A stretch of 64,000 nucleotides of DNA from positions 5,208,001-5,272,000 of the forward strand of contig CATNEN010000024.1 in the NCBI GenBank assembly GCA_950097015.1, given 5' to 3'. This DNA is from Macrostomum hystrix. Its lineage: Eukaryota > Animalia > Platyhelminthes. The position numbers and the translations under genes are program-made. The notes beneath the pieces were generated by a model that saw only the letters and a list, made by a program, of their open reading frames with translations, ran no database searches and had not been told where the DNA came from. This document shows positions 13,021-24,740 of this stretch, one piece after another (positions within the stretch are counted from its first letter, which is position 1; each line of letters opens with the position of its first letter).

Positions 13021-14296
13021 CAGAGGCAGAGGCAGAGGCAGAGGCAGAGGCAGAGGCAGAGGCAGAGGCACAGGCAGAGGCACAGGCAGAGGCACAGGCA
13101 GAGGCACAGGCAGAGGCAGAGGCAGAGGCAGAGGCAAAGGCAGAGGCAGAGGAAGAGGCACAGGCACAGGCAGAGGCAGAGGCAGAGGCAGAGGAAGAGG
13201 CACAGGCACAGGCAGAGGCAGAGGCAGAGGCACAGGCAGAGGCAGAGGAAGAGGCACAGGCACAGGCAGAGGCAGAGGCAGAGGCAGAGGCAGAGGCAGA
13301 GGCAGAGGCAGAGGCAGAGGCAGAGGCAGAGGAAGAGGCACAGGCAGAGGCACAGGCAGAGGCACAGGCAGAGGCACAGGCAGAGGCACAGGCAGAGGCA
13401 GAGGCAGAGGCAAAGGCAGAGGCAGAGGAAGAGGCACAGGCACAGGCAGAGGCAGAGGCACAGGCAGAGGCAGAGGCAGAGGCAGAGGAAGAGGCACAGG
13501 CACAGGCAGAGGCAGAGGCAGAGGCAGAGGCAGAGGCAGAGCCAGAGGCAGAGGCAGAGGAAGAGGCACAGGCACAGGCAGAGGCAGAGGCAGAGGCAGA
13601 GGCACAGGCAGAGGCAAAGGCAGAGGCAGAGGAAGAGGCACAGGCACAGGCACAGGCAGAGGCAGAGGCAGAGGCAGAGGCAGAGGCAGAGGCAGAGGCA
13701 GAGGAAGAGGCACAGGCACAGGCAGAGGCAGAGGCAGAGGCACAGGCAGAGGCAGAGGCAGAGGCAGAGGCAGAGCCAGAGGCAGAGGCAGAGGCACAGG
13801 CACAGGCAGAGGCAGAGGCAGAGGCAGAGGCAGAGGCACAGGCAGAGGCAGAGGCAGAGGCAGAGGCAGAGGAAGAGGCAGAGGAAGAGGCAGAGGAAGA
13901 GGCACAGGCACAGGCAGAGGCAGAGGCAGAGGCACAGGCAGAGGCAGAGGCAGAGGAAGAGGCACAGGCACAGGCAGAGGCAGAGGCAGAGGCAGAGGCA
14001 GAGGCAGAGGCAGAGGCAGAGGCAGAGGCAGAGGAAGAGGCACAGGCAGAGGCACAGGCAGAGGCACAGGCAGAGGCACAGGCAGAGGCACAGGCAGAGG
14101 TAGAGGCAGAGGCACAGGCAGAGGCAGAGGCAGAGGCAGAGGCACAGGCAGAGGTAGAGGCAGAGGCACAGGCACAGGCAGAGGCAGAGGCAGAGGCACA
14201 GGCAGAGGCACAGGCAGAGGCAGAGGCATAGGCAGAGGCAGAGGCAGAGGCACAGGCAGAGGCACAGGCAGAGGCAGAGGCACAGGCAGAGGCACA
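13021..14296. repeat. (GGCAGA)n hexamer array with GGCACA/GGAAGA/GGCAAA variants
   Basis: Direct reading; about 1.28 kb. Confidence 0.97.
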
Positions 14297-14814
14297 GACA
14301 TTAATATGAGAACAAGAGGAAAAAGCTGTTTGTAGAGGGAAAGCACCTGAGCAAGAAGTTCGCTGAGGTGGAGCAAGTCACGTGACGAAGGCAAAATGTC
14401 AAGTCACAAGCTGTTAATTTTATCGCTTGCCCCTGACACTGCATCAGGCAGGCATCAACTTGCTGATTCAATATTTCAATATTTCTAGCTTAGAGCCGTA
14501 GGGCGTGAAGTCAATGCCGGAAGTTTGCCTGCCCCGCCTCTTCTCGACTTCGATCCAACGGTTTCTGGTCTTCAGCTTTTAAGATCGATATTTCTGGGCC
14601 AACTGGATTGATTTTTGGTCACTCCAAAGCTACGCTAAACTGTCGCCCTACCACCCCCTAGCAGACCAGTGAAGGCTCACAGTCAATGGGCAGGGATCTG
14701 TCGATGAGAGTTAGGATATTAAAGCTGAGAATAAGCTCGTAAAATAACAGTTATCTGACCTCCGGGGCCTTCAGTTTTCTATTCCTCATCATCTCTGCCT
14801 ATACCCTCCAAGTA

Positions 14815-15640
14815 AGGAAGTGGTATGGAACAGTAGGGAGTGTTATAGAACAGTAGGGAGTGTTATGGAACAGTAGGGAGTGTTATGGAACAGTAGGGAG
14901 TGTTATGGAACAGTAGGGAGTGTTATGGAACAGTAGGGAGTGTTATGGAACAGTAGGGAGTGGTATGGAACAGTAGGGAGTGGTATGGAACAGTATAGGG
15001 AGTGTTATGGAACAGTAGGGAGTGGTATGGAACAGTAGGGAGTGTTATGGAACAGTAGGGAGTGTTATGGAACAGTAGGGAGTGTTATGGAACAGTAGGG
15101 AGTGTTATGGAACAGTAGGGAGTGTTATGGAACAGTAGGGAGTGTTATGGAACAGTAGGGAGTGGTATGGAACAGTAGGGAGTGTTATGGAACAGTAGGG
15201 AGTGGTATGGAACAGTAGGGAGTGTTATGGAACAGTAGGGAGTGTTATGGAACAGTAGGGAGTGTTATGGAACAGTAGGGAGTGTTATGGAACAGTAGGG
15301 AGTGTTATGGAACAGTAGGGAGTGGTATGGAACAGTAGGGAGTGGTATGGAACAATAGGGGGTGTTATGGAACAGTAGGGAGTGTTATGGAACAGTAGGG
15401 AGTGGTATGGAACTGTAGGGAGTGGTATGGAACTGTAGGGAGTGTTATGGAACTGTAGGGAGTGTTATGGAACAGTAGGGAGTGGTATGGAACTGTAGGG
15501 AGTGGCATGGAACTGTAGGGAGTGGTATGGAACTGTAGGGAGTGGCATGGAACGGTAGGGAGTGGCATGGAACGGTAGGGAGTGGCATGGAACGGTAGGG
15601 AGTGGCATGGAACGGTAGGGAGTGGTTTGGAATAGTAACG
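14815..15640. repeat. 20-bp minisatellite
   Basis: Unit CAGTAGGGAGTGTTATGGAA; variants cluster at the right end. Confidence 0.95.
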
Positions 15641-15979
15641 AGTGATATGTAGGCTCTCGCTCCGGCCCTGGCACTCTCACTTCCAGGATTATCTGTCGCT
15701 TCTTTCCTATTTTCTGGTTCAGCTAGACTGGCTTCCGCGAAGTATCACAGCCCCAGCCAGAGGAGGCAGGCCAATATATGCGAGGCCACGCGTTCAGGAA
15801 CTGGCTTCCCGAATTTTTACTTATAATCCCTTCGGCTGATCCCTTTCTGAGGAATGAAAGCCCAGAGAATGAGGAAGTTATGTGTGAGCCGACCTATCAA
15901 ATCCCCTGGCGAAGTGAAATAAACAGTTTTAAATTTAGCAGCGACCTCACAAAAAGACATTAGCCATTGTTAGGCGAGG

Positions 15980-16424
15980 CAGTGGTGAGTGCCAGGTGAG
16001 GCAGTGGTGAGTGCCAGGTGATGAGAGTCAGTGATGTGTCAGGTGATGAGAGTCAGTGATGTGTCAGGTGATGAGAGTCAGTGATGTGTCAGGTGATGAG
16101 AGTCAGTGATGTGTCAGGTGATGAGAGTCAGTGATGTGTCAGGTGATGAGAGTCAGTGATGTGTCAGGTGATGAGAGGCAGTAGTGGTTGTCAGGTGATG
16201 AGAGTCAGTGATGTGTCAGGTGATGAGAGTCAGTGATGTGTCAGGTGATGAGAGTCAGTGATGTGTCAGGTGATGAGAGTCAGTGATGTGTCAGGTGATG
16301 AGAGTCAGTGATGTGTCAGGTGATGAGAGGCAGTAGTGGTTGTCAGGTGATGAGAGTCAGTGATGTGTCAGGTGATGAGAGTCAGTGATGTGTCAGGTGA
16401 TGAGAGGCAGTAGTGGTTGTCAGT
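15980..16424. repeat. 25-bp minisatellite
   Basis: Unit TCAGGTGATGAGAGTCAGTGATGTG. Confidence 0.93.
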
Positions 16425-16874
16425 TTCATGGCAAATTGTTTAAAACAAGCCTATTAACCCCTACACTGCTGGTCGGAATTCTATTCATAAAACTATCATG
16501 GTTCGTAAAACACCCCCAGCGTAGCTTGCGGTATGGCCAGCAGGGCAGGCCATAGATATTTCCAGCTTAATTTTGACACCACCGTAGCCTGCGATAGCAA
16601 GCTGATTAGCTCATCTGTTCTATAGCAGCAAAGGATAAGCATTAGCATAATCTACGAGCGTATATTGTTTCTAAATTCGTGCTCTAGTGGTTACTAACAG
16701 TAGCTTAAAGGCATATTGTTTCAGCCAGCCGCAGCCAATTAGAGGGCCGGATCAGATAGAAATAGAAGCGGAATGACACCGGCAATATAAAATAAGAAGT
16801 CGGGAAATAAAAGCATTGGCGAGTAGAGAAGACCGCGCTTCACAAAAAATAATTTCCCCAGGCAAACAAACAGA

Positions 16875-18106
16875 ATGTGCGACCACGACGCTGACATTCT
16901 GCGCGAGGTGTTCGACAGGTCCGACACCAATGGCAATGGCGCCATCGAGGTCAAGGAGCTGGTCAGCCTGATGCGCGCTGCCGGCCAGACCATCACCAGG
17001 CCGGAGGCGGAGGCGCTCATCAGCGAGTTCGACAAGAACGCCAACGGCACCCTGGAGTTCCAGGTTGGTTCCGCATTGTGAAGAAAATGATTGCGCAAAA
17101 GTTAGGGAACAATAGGAAATGGTACAAGAAAGAAAAGGAAGGAATGATAGTCAAGGAAGAGTGACTTTAAAAAAAGAAACTATTTCCTTAAAAGGAAATG
17201 CATGAAAGTTTCCCCTTCGCTACCGCCACTCAGTCTCCAACCTCACTATTCATCCCACTGGCCACCACCGCATTCCCTGCACTAACAGACGCCAACCCAC
17301 TTTCTGCACCAAAGACAACCACCTCACTCCCTGCTCCAACTGCTGCCACCTCACTCCCTGCCCCCAACGGCTACCACCTCGCTCCCTGCTCCAACTGCTG
17401 ATACCTCACTCCCTGCTCCAACTGCTGCCACCTCACTCCCTGCCCCCAACTGCTGCCACCTCACTCCCGCCCCCAACGGCTACCACCTCACTCCCTGCTC
17501 CAACTGCTGCCACCTCACTCCCTGCTCCAACTGCTGCCACCTCACTCCCTGCTCCAACTGCTACCACCTCACTCCCTGCTCCAACTGCTGCCACCTCACT
17601 CCCTGCCCCCAACTGCTACCACCTCACTCCCTGTCCAAACGGCTACCACCTCACTCCGAGCCCCAACCGCTAACCACCTCACTCCCTGCCCCCAACGGCT
17701 ACCACCTCACTCCCTGCTCCAACTACTATCAACTTTCACCGCGTTACAACAGTTTGGAGTTTCTTACATAAAAATCGAAAGACAGTGGCGAAGTGATTCC
17801 ACTGGTTAAAATACACAGGAGTTCGTGACCATGATGAATGCCTTCGTGGAGAAGGGAGGCCACAAGCCGCAGTCGGAGAAGCAGCGAATCTTCGATCTGC
17901 TGGACCAGAACCAGGACGGCGTCATCTCGAAGTCGGAGCTGAAGTACGTCATGAACGAGATACTCAAGGAGGGCATGTCTGACGCCGAGCTAGACGAGAT
18001 GATGAGCGCAGCGGACGCAGATCTTGACGGGGTGATCAGCTTCGATGAGTTCAACAAGCTGGCTGCCAGCATGAAGATATTCAACTGCAACGACTGCGAT
18101 AGCTAA
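16875..18106 (+). CDS. Calmodulin-like 4-EF-hand protein, paralogue 2 (158 aa; exons 16875-17063, 17819-18106)
   Basis: EF1-3 identical to paralogue 1, EF4 DADLDGVISFDE; phase-0 GT-AG intron of 755 bp at the same position. Confidence 0.92.
17320..17725. repeat. 27-bp intronic minisatellite
   Basis: Unit CCACCTCACTCCCTGCTCCAACTGCTG. Confidence 0.88.
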
Positions 18107-19064
18107 AGAGCCGCCTGTTAAAAGCGTTGTTTACCTGGGAGACAGCTGCTTTTTATCTAAGAAAATCTGCAATCTCTGAGAATACTTTGGAGGGCCTATA
18201 AATTACCAATCCCTCCTCGTCGTCAATATGGATAATAACAGCCTTATCCGTGACAGTCATAAAAGCGAATGGATTTCATTTCAATTATTAGCATCGGGAA
18301 AAGCTTACTAGCCGTTAGTCGGAGAATAGAAAAATGAGGACATGTAAAACTGTCCCGGATGTTGGCATAGTTTCTGGACTACAGAGCGAACTGTAAGAAT
18401 CCATTGCCACTCTTAGTACGGCCATATAACAATAGGCCAACCATCCATCCAAAGTCCCCCGAGCCTGAAAGCAGATCCTCAAAGACTTTTGCTAGCTTAA
18501 AAAAATGACATATTAACCAATTCTTAAAGAAATTGATTTGGGTTTTTAGCTGATTCTATACACAATGCAAAAGGAAAATTTAAGTTTTTTTTCAAAATGC
18601 TATATCCGAAACTAACCATAAAAGCTGGTATCCAACATTAATTTATTTAAAAAGAATGTAAACTTTGTTTCGCGTTCCCAAAGTTGCAACATGCGCAATT
18701 CAATATTTCTATAAAGCCTGTGCAAGTCCCGAGGTTAAAACTATTTAACTCTAATCCTTTAGACATAAACAAATCTCTACTTTTCCTGCTTTGTGTTCAT
18801 TGAATTTACTTTATTGTTTCTCCTTTTCCTTATTTTGAATTTTCAGCAGCTTGCGAATTCCGTGTTTGATCAGTTTAAGCTTTATCAGATAAATATAGTA
18901 GCATTTTTATTCACCTAAATTTTAGACTGAAGCTGTAATTTGCGACACCGATCAGCTTTGATTACAGATTTCTTAGCTTGCATAAAAAACTTTAACCAAC
19001 CTTTCACATAACTCCCCGCCACACTACGCTAGGCTACAGCCTCGATTCCTGAGCCAACAGTCGC

Positions 19065-19325
19065 TACCTCACTCCCTGCCCCAACAGCCAACACCTTACT
19101 CCCTGCCCCAACAGCCAACACCTTACTCCCTGCCCCAACAGCCAACACCTTACTCCCTGCCCCAACAGCCAACACCTTACTCCCTGCCCCAACAGCCAAC
19201 ACCTTACTCCCTGCCCCAACAGCCAACACCTTACTCCCTGCCCCAACAGCCAACACCTTACTGCCTGCCCCAACAGCCAACACCTTACTCCCTGCCCCAA
19301 CAGCCAACACCTTACTCCCTGCCCA
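19065..19325. repeat. 27-bp minisatellite related to the CaM2 intronic one
   Basis: Unit AACAGCCAACACCTTACTCCCTGCCCC. Confidence 0.9.
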
Positions 19326-19939
19326 AATAGCCCTTACAGCCCTAACGGGGTATTTGTTTATTTAAGAACGTACGATGCTGTCGATGTCTTGCAATATTAA
19401 TTGTTTAACTTGACTGCACCTTTCGTGATTAGCTAAACAAATTTATTGCGGGCTTTTTTTAGATAGACTTTTAAAAGTAATTAGCAATTCAGTGCAGATT
19501 TAAGCTACTTTTGTCGTTAAGGCAATTTTTACTCACGCTGTCCCTGTCGCATTGCAACTTCAACTGTTGTTTGAGACTTCTAAGAATTGATGCATTAGTT
19601 GGTTAGTAGAAAATGTTTCCATTTATAGACTTATTGTTAAAAACAGAACAATGCTTTTCCGAGTTGAAAAGCAGCTCAAAATTTTCGGCGTATCTTTCAT
19701 CTCATTATGTACGTCCATCTTTCATCCCCAAAAACTATTTTTCATTGCCTTCTGACTGCTTTCCCTATTCTCACTCCGCCATCAATCAGTGTCTCTATCT
19801 TTAAAAGGAGCGGCAAAAACAGCAAAACTAAAGAATCAGCAAAAGCAGTCAGCCGCAGCGCAGCAACAGCACCGCAGTAGTAGAAGAAGCAGCAGCAGCC
19901 ACCTAAATAACCGCGATTTCAACATTCTATTCTAATAAA

Positions 19940-21056
19940 TAGCAGCAGCAGCAGATAAGCAGATAGCAGATAGCAGATCAGCAGCATAAGCATCAGCAGC
20001 AGCAGCAGCAGCATAAGCATCAGTAGCAGCAGCAGCAGCATAAGCGTTAGCAGCAGCAGCAGCATAAGCGTTAGCAGCAGCAGCAGCATAAGCGTCAGCA
20101 GCAGCAGCAGCATAAGCGTCAGCAGCAGCAGCAGCATAAGCGTTAGCAGCAGCAGCAGCAGCATAAGCGTTAGCAGCAGCAGCAGCATAAGCGTTAGCAG
20201 CAGCAGCAGCATAAGCGTCAGCAGCAGCAGCAGCATAAGCGTTAGCAGCAGCAGCAGCAGCATAAGCGTTAGCAGCAGCAGCAGCAGCATAAGCAGCAGC
20301 AGCAGCGGATCCGGCCAACCCGACGGTCATCCACGCCGAGGCCCGCCGCGGCTCGCCAGTCACGTCCAGCTATGACGAGGAGGTCGCTGCTCTGGTCGCC
20401 GCGCTGATCTGGGTGCACACCGAGGCTAAGCCCCCTCCGCCTGTCATCTTTTGCTCCGACAGCCGCAGCCTGGTCAACGCCCTCAGCGCTCACAACCGCG
20501 ACATCGGCCACGCCCTGCAGGCGCTGGCCGCGATTGATGCGGACCTCGTCGTCCAGTGGGTGTCTGGTCACTGCGGCATCCCGGGCAACGAACACGCCGA
20601 CCGGCTGGCCAAAACAGGCTGCTCGCTGCCCCATCCCGCCGCCCCCGTCTCGTTCCGCGCTGCCGCCGCTGTCTGCCAACGCGTCCTCAGGGACCCTCCG
20701 GCGGCTCACGAGCGCACAAGGGAGGCCTATCAGCACGTCTCCGCTGCCCGCGACAGGGAGGCTGTCACCTCTCGGGCCGATCAGAAACTCCTTGCCCAAC
20801 TCCGCTCCGGCCACTCCATGGAGCTCAGGGCCTACCGCGCCGTCCTGGACCCTGCCGTCTCTGCCCTCTGCGGCCGGTGCGCCGAGGCACCCGAGGCGCT
20901 TTCCCACTGGCTATGTGATTGTCCGGCCCTCTACACGAGGCGGACTCAGCTTTTTGGCACCCCGCGGCCCCCACTGTCGGTGCTGGGTTCCGACCCAGCC
21001 GGCGTGATTGCACTGGCTCGCGCGACCATGCGTCACGCGAGGTGCTAACTGCCTGC

Positions 21057-21102
<46 letters not shown>

Positions 21103-21540
21103 GCAGCAGCAGCAACAGCAGCATAAGCGTTAGCAGCAGCAGCAGCATAAGCATCAGCAGCAGCAACAGCAGCATAAGCGTTAGCAGCAGCAGCAGCATA
21201 AGCATCAGCAGCAGCATAAGCGTTATCAGCAGCAGCAGTATAAGCATCAGCAGCAGCAGCAGTATAAGCATCAGCAGCAGCAGCAGCAGTATAAGCATCA
21301 GCAGCAGCAGCAGCAGTATAAGCATCAGCAGCAGCAGCAGCAGTATAAGCATCAGCAGCAGCAGCAGCAGCATAAGCGTTAGCAGCAGCAGCAGCAGCAG
21401 CAGCATAAGCGTTAGCAGCAGCAGCAGCATAAGCATCAGCAGCAGCAGCAGCAGCAGCATAAGCAGAAGCATAAGCAGCAGCAAAAGCAGCAGCAGCAGC
21501 AGCAGATAATCAATAAGCATCAGCAGCAGCAGCAGCAGTA
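19940..21540. repeat. (CAG)n array punctuated by CATAAG/CGTTAG, interrupted by a LINE fragment
   Basis: Arms at 19940-20306 and 21101-21540 share the same (CAG)3-6 CATAAG(CGTTAG/CAT) pattern. Confidence 0.93.
20307..21100 (+). mobile_element. 5'-truncated non-LTR retrotransposon (RNase H-bearing, I-group-like) with (CAA)15 tail
   Basis: RNase H motifs SSYDEEVAAL, IFCSDSRS, QWVSGHCGIPGNEHADRLAK; C-terminal CGRC...HWLCDC zinc knuckle; stop at 21048; (CAA)15 at 21056-21100. Confidence 0.88.
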
Positions 21541-22160
21541 GCACGGTCAAGCCAGGGAACAAACTTCCCGCCACAAAGCCCGGTAGCTCGCGCATGCGAC
21601 ACTGAGTCGGTCCAATTTTTCTCCAGCTCCTAATTGCCAGATGCTCCTCGCGCAGAAGCGGTGAGGCAGAGTGCACCAGGCCAAGCGGAGTAATTTCTTA
21701 GCTTGCTGAGAGAAGTTTCTTTTTCAAAGAAGAGAAAATTTGTTACACGGGTCTTCCTTGTGGCCGCCTGTCCTGACAGGAAATTTGGTTCGCAGGGCAA
21801 AATGAAATTTGCAACTCTTCTCCTGTCCGCCCAGGGCTCGGAGCTGGTTCGAGAGCACTTTAAGAAGCTGTGCTTACCTCACGTTTAGTTGCTGTATTAT
21901 AGGCTACAGGCCCGGGAGTATCTACGAGAAGGAAATGTATATTTCTCGGAATCAATTTCAACGCAAGCATCGAATAGAAAGTTTCAAGCACTGGATTTGC
22001 TCAGCAGTTGCCAAGGACATAAAACTTTCAACGGAATGAAAACCCACATTTGAAATAAGATTTTCAAACCATTGAACATTGCCACCAGATTATCTGGAGT
22101 ACGACAAAGCCTGTTAAAAAGGCCCGCCGCATTTTAACACGTTTTCATAGAGCTCTTTAG

Positions 22161-22476
22161 CAGTAGAACGACCACGCGCTATTTCCCACCTGTGGAAAGA
22201 CCAATGGGGTATTTCAAATACGAACTGCCAAATTCACGATAACTCGCAAACAGAATGACGGATTTTCACGAAAATTTGATATTTTTGCCACCAGACACCC
22301 CGACCAGAATCGTTGATTATCTCGAAGGTGCCGATGTTTTGTGATTCTGGAAGTTGCCTCATCGGATAGAGCGGAACATTGTAGCCCATGATCTGGATTT
22401 TCATGGCGATTGGTTGAACATTTTTGAAGATTCAGAAAAAAGAAAAATGTTGGAATTTGAAATGGTCTTTCTGCTG
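22161..22476. mobile_element. MITE, CAGTAGAA family, copy 1
   Basis: Termini CAGTAGAACG...CTTTCTGCTG, subterminal GTATTTCAAATAC; internal homology to 23071-23620. Confidence 0.6.
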
Positions 22477-23070
22477 TAAAAAATGTACACTTTACAGTAT
22501 AGTTCGGCTTTGACACTACGGGAAACAACTGTAGAAGCCTTGAGTAGGGGGCGGGAGGAAAAGATGAGGAGGCAGAAGGGAAGGTGTTAGGGAGAAACGT
22601 ACCTGGAAGCCTGTTGCACGTGAGGCTGCAGAGCAATGTGAAGGGAGAAAAGATGACGGTGAGGGAAGGTACAGACGCACGCCTGGGCGGGCCAGCCAGC
22701 AGCCCGCAGGAATTCGAGCGAAGCAAAGCGTTGGCTTGACAATCCGCTGTGTGTGCTTGTGCTTGTGTGTGTGAGCGACAATTTGTGAAGCTCAGCGTAA
22801 AAGAACGGCGAGATCTTAATGAACTGGGGAGGGGAGTGGCTACAGTGGCCGCAGTTTTTCACATTCCTTTGTTTTATTTATATAAATGAAAACAGCAAGT
22901 ATATGAACACGAACTAGACCGATAGTGTAATGGGATCAGCCACAAAGAAGCGATCGTCTTACATAGGGCTGGAGAGGCGTTGTACAAGTGAGGCTATTAC
23001 GGATATCCAATGACAGCGCTTGTGTTTCTTACTACTGACATGTTGTCCGCATGTTTCTGCTTAGCGTTTA

Positions 23071-23620
23071 CAGTAGAAAGAGCACGCTATTTTGCTCCTG
23101 GGGAAAGAGCCAAGTATTTCAAATACCCGCTGCCCACTTCCCGATCGCTCCCAAACCGAATGACCGATTTTCGCGAGAGTCCACCGTCTGAATCTAAATT
23201 TTCCGCCCTTAACGATGAACTAACTTTCAAAGCCGTCCGACGTCACCATCGGAGAGATATTCACTGATTCTTGTCGAATACCCTGATGACAAGAACGACT
23301 AACATTGCTCAGTGTAAACCTCTATGGCGAATCCTTACTGGTTCAATAATATAATAATTAACAATATAATAATAATTAATAGACGACATGTTTACATCAT
23401 GAAAGTTAGTGAGCAGAAACATTTTGCCTATATTGGTGGTTTTTGCAACCATACACGCCGACGAGAATCGTTGAATATCTTGACGATGCCGTTGTTTTGT
23501 GATTCTGGAAGTTGTTTCATCGTATAGAGCGGAAAATGTTGGTGATTGGTTGAATATTTTGGGAGATACAGAAAAAGAAAAAAATGTGCGTATTTGAAAT
23601 ACTTCGTCGTCTTTCTACTG
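23071..23620. mobile_element. MITE, CAGTAGAA family, copy 2
   Basis: TIR CAGTAGAAAGA/TCTTTCTACTG and inverted AAGTATTTCAAATAC (23112)/GTATTTGAAATACTT (23604); flanks TTTA/TTAA. Confidence 0.7.
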
Positions 23621-23625
23621 TTAAT

Positions 23626-23961
23626 AATAATAATAATTGCAGGAGGGCTGCGGGCAATGGCACATCGTTTAGTGACACTAGACCCGCAGCCAGCGAGGAG
23701 GCAATTCGGCCCATTTCGCTGACTCCTGAGCACAAACGCACACAGATACTTTACGCAGGCATACGCTCACACAGGTGTGTACATCTGCCCTGACTTTCTC
23801 ATCGCCTTGGAGGTTGGCCCTCAAGGGCGTAAATTGCACGACAAGCCCCCAAGCCTTCTCTCCGCGGCTGCGCCCCAAATAAATGGGGCCTCGCCGTGAA
23901 ATCGAACTTAGGGACCTTGGTGCGAGAGGCAAACGCGTTAACCGCTCTGCCTCCGACCCCC
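23626..23961 (-). mobile_element. SINE family B with 18-bp TSD
   Basis: CGTCTTTCTACTGTTAAT duplicated at 23608-23625 and 23962-23979. Confidence 0.88.
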
Positions 23962-24619
23962 CGTCTTTCTACTGTTAATGGCAAAATAATGTGATAAATC
24001 TATCCCAGATCCAAATATCAGATAATTTCATAACTCGTATTGATTATTATCTTGACAATGTACCAGACAAGCGATATGAAAGTATCATAAAAGACAATAG
24101 TAACTTATATGGCCATTTTCAATTAACCAGTTGTGGGTGGGAGTGGTTGGCGTATAAGTACGCAATAACATGAATAACATGCTCAGGACCTTGAGAACTG
24201 AAGGAGAACAACAACACAGTGCGCCAGTGCACCGGACTGACTGCTCAGCCCAAAGAATCGAGGAGTATTCGGGGTGGTGGCAAATTTTATTCCGAGTTAC
24301 TGGCTGGGGCTGATTGATTTCGCGACCACGGAGAGAGGAGAAGGGAGCCGAGGGATATGCGCCAGAGAATTTCACAAAATTGGAACTAATCCTTCAGCTT
24401 GCTTCCAACCCCCCACACTCCCCCTCTCTTCTCTTAATCCCGACTGAGCTCACCCCGCTGACTGGTTTTCAAATCGATTTTCAAGCGCAGCTTAATTGCC
24501 ATACCATAATTTGGTGCAGTAGGCGCGGATTATTTACAAGCTGAAACTGACATTACTGAGATTAATATCAAGCATTTGTCACTGACACTCCCTATGCAGT
24601 CTCGTCACATCTTAATATT

Positions 24620-24740
24620 AAATTCACCCAGCTGGGATAGAAATTTAGAAGGGGTATTGCGGATTCCCCAGTCCACGGACTGAACAGATGTACAGTCTTT
24701 CGATACGCCGTGTAATACTCGGCTGCCCCTATTGGAGACA
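24620..24740 (+). mobile_element. SINE family A partial copy
   Basis: TTCACCCAGCTG...CCCCAGTCCACGGACTGAACAG. Confidence 0.5.

Noticed and set aside
13000-14394. 464-aa poly-Pro-Leu ORF
   Set aside because: Translation of a hexamer repeat with a non-ATG start.
19919-21676. Poly-Leu/Ala/Ser ORFs
   Set aside because: CAG-array artefacts overlapping the LINE fragment.
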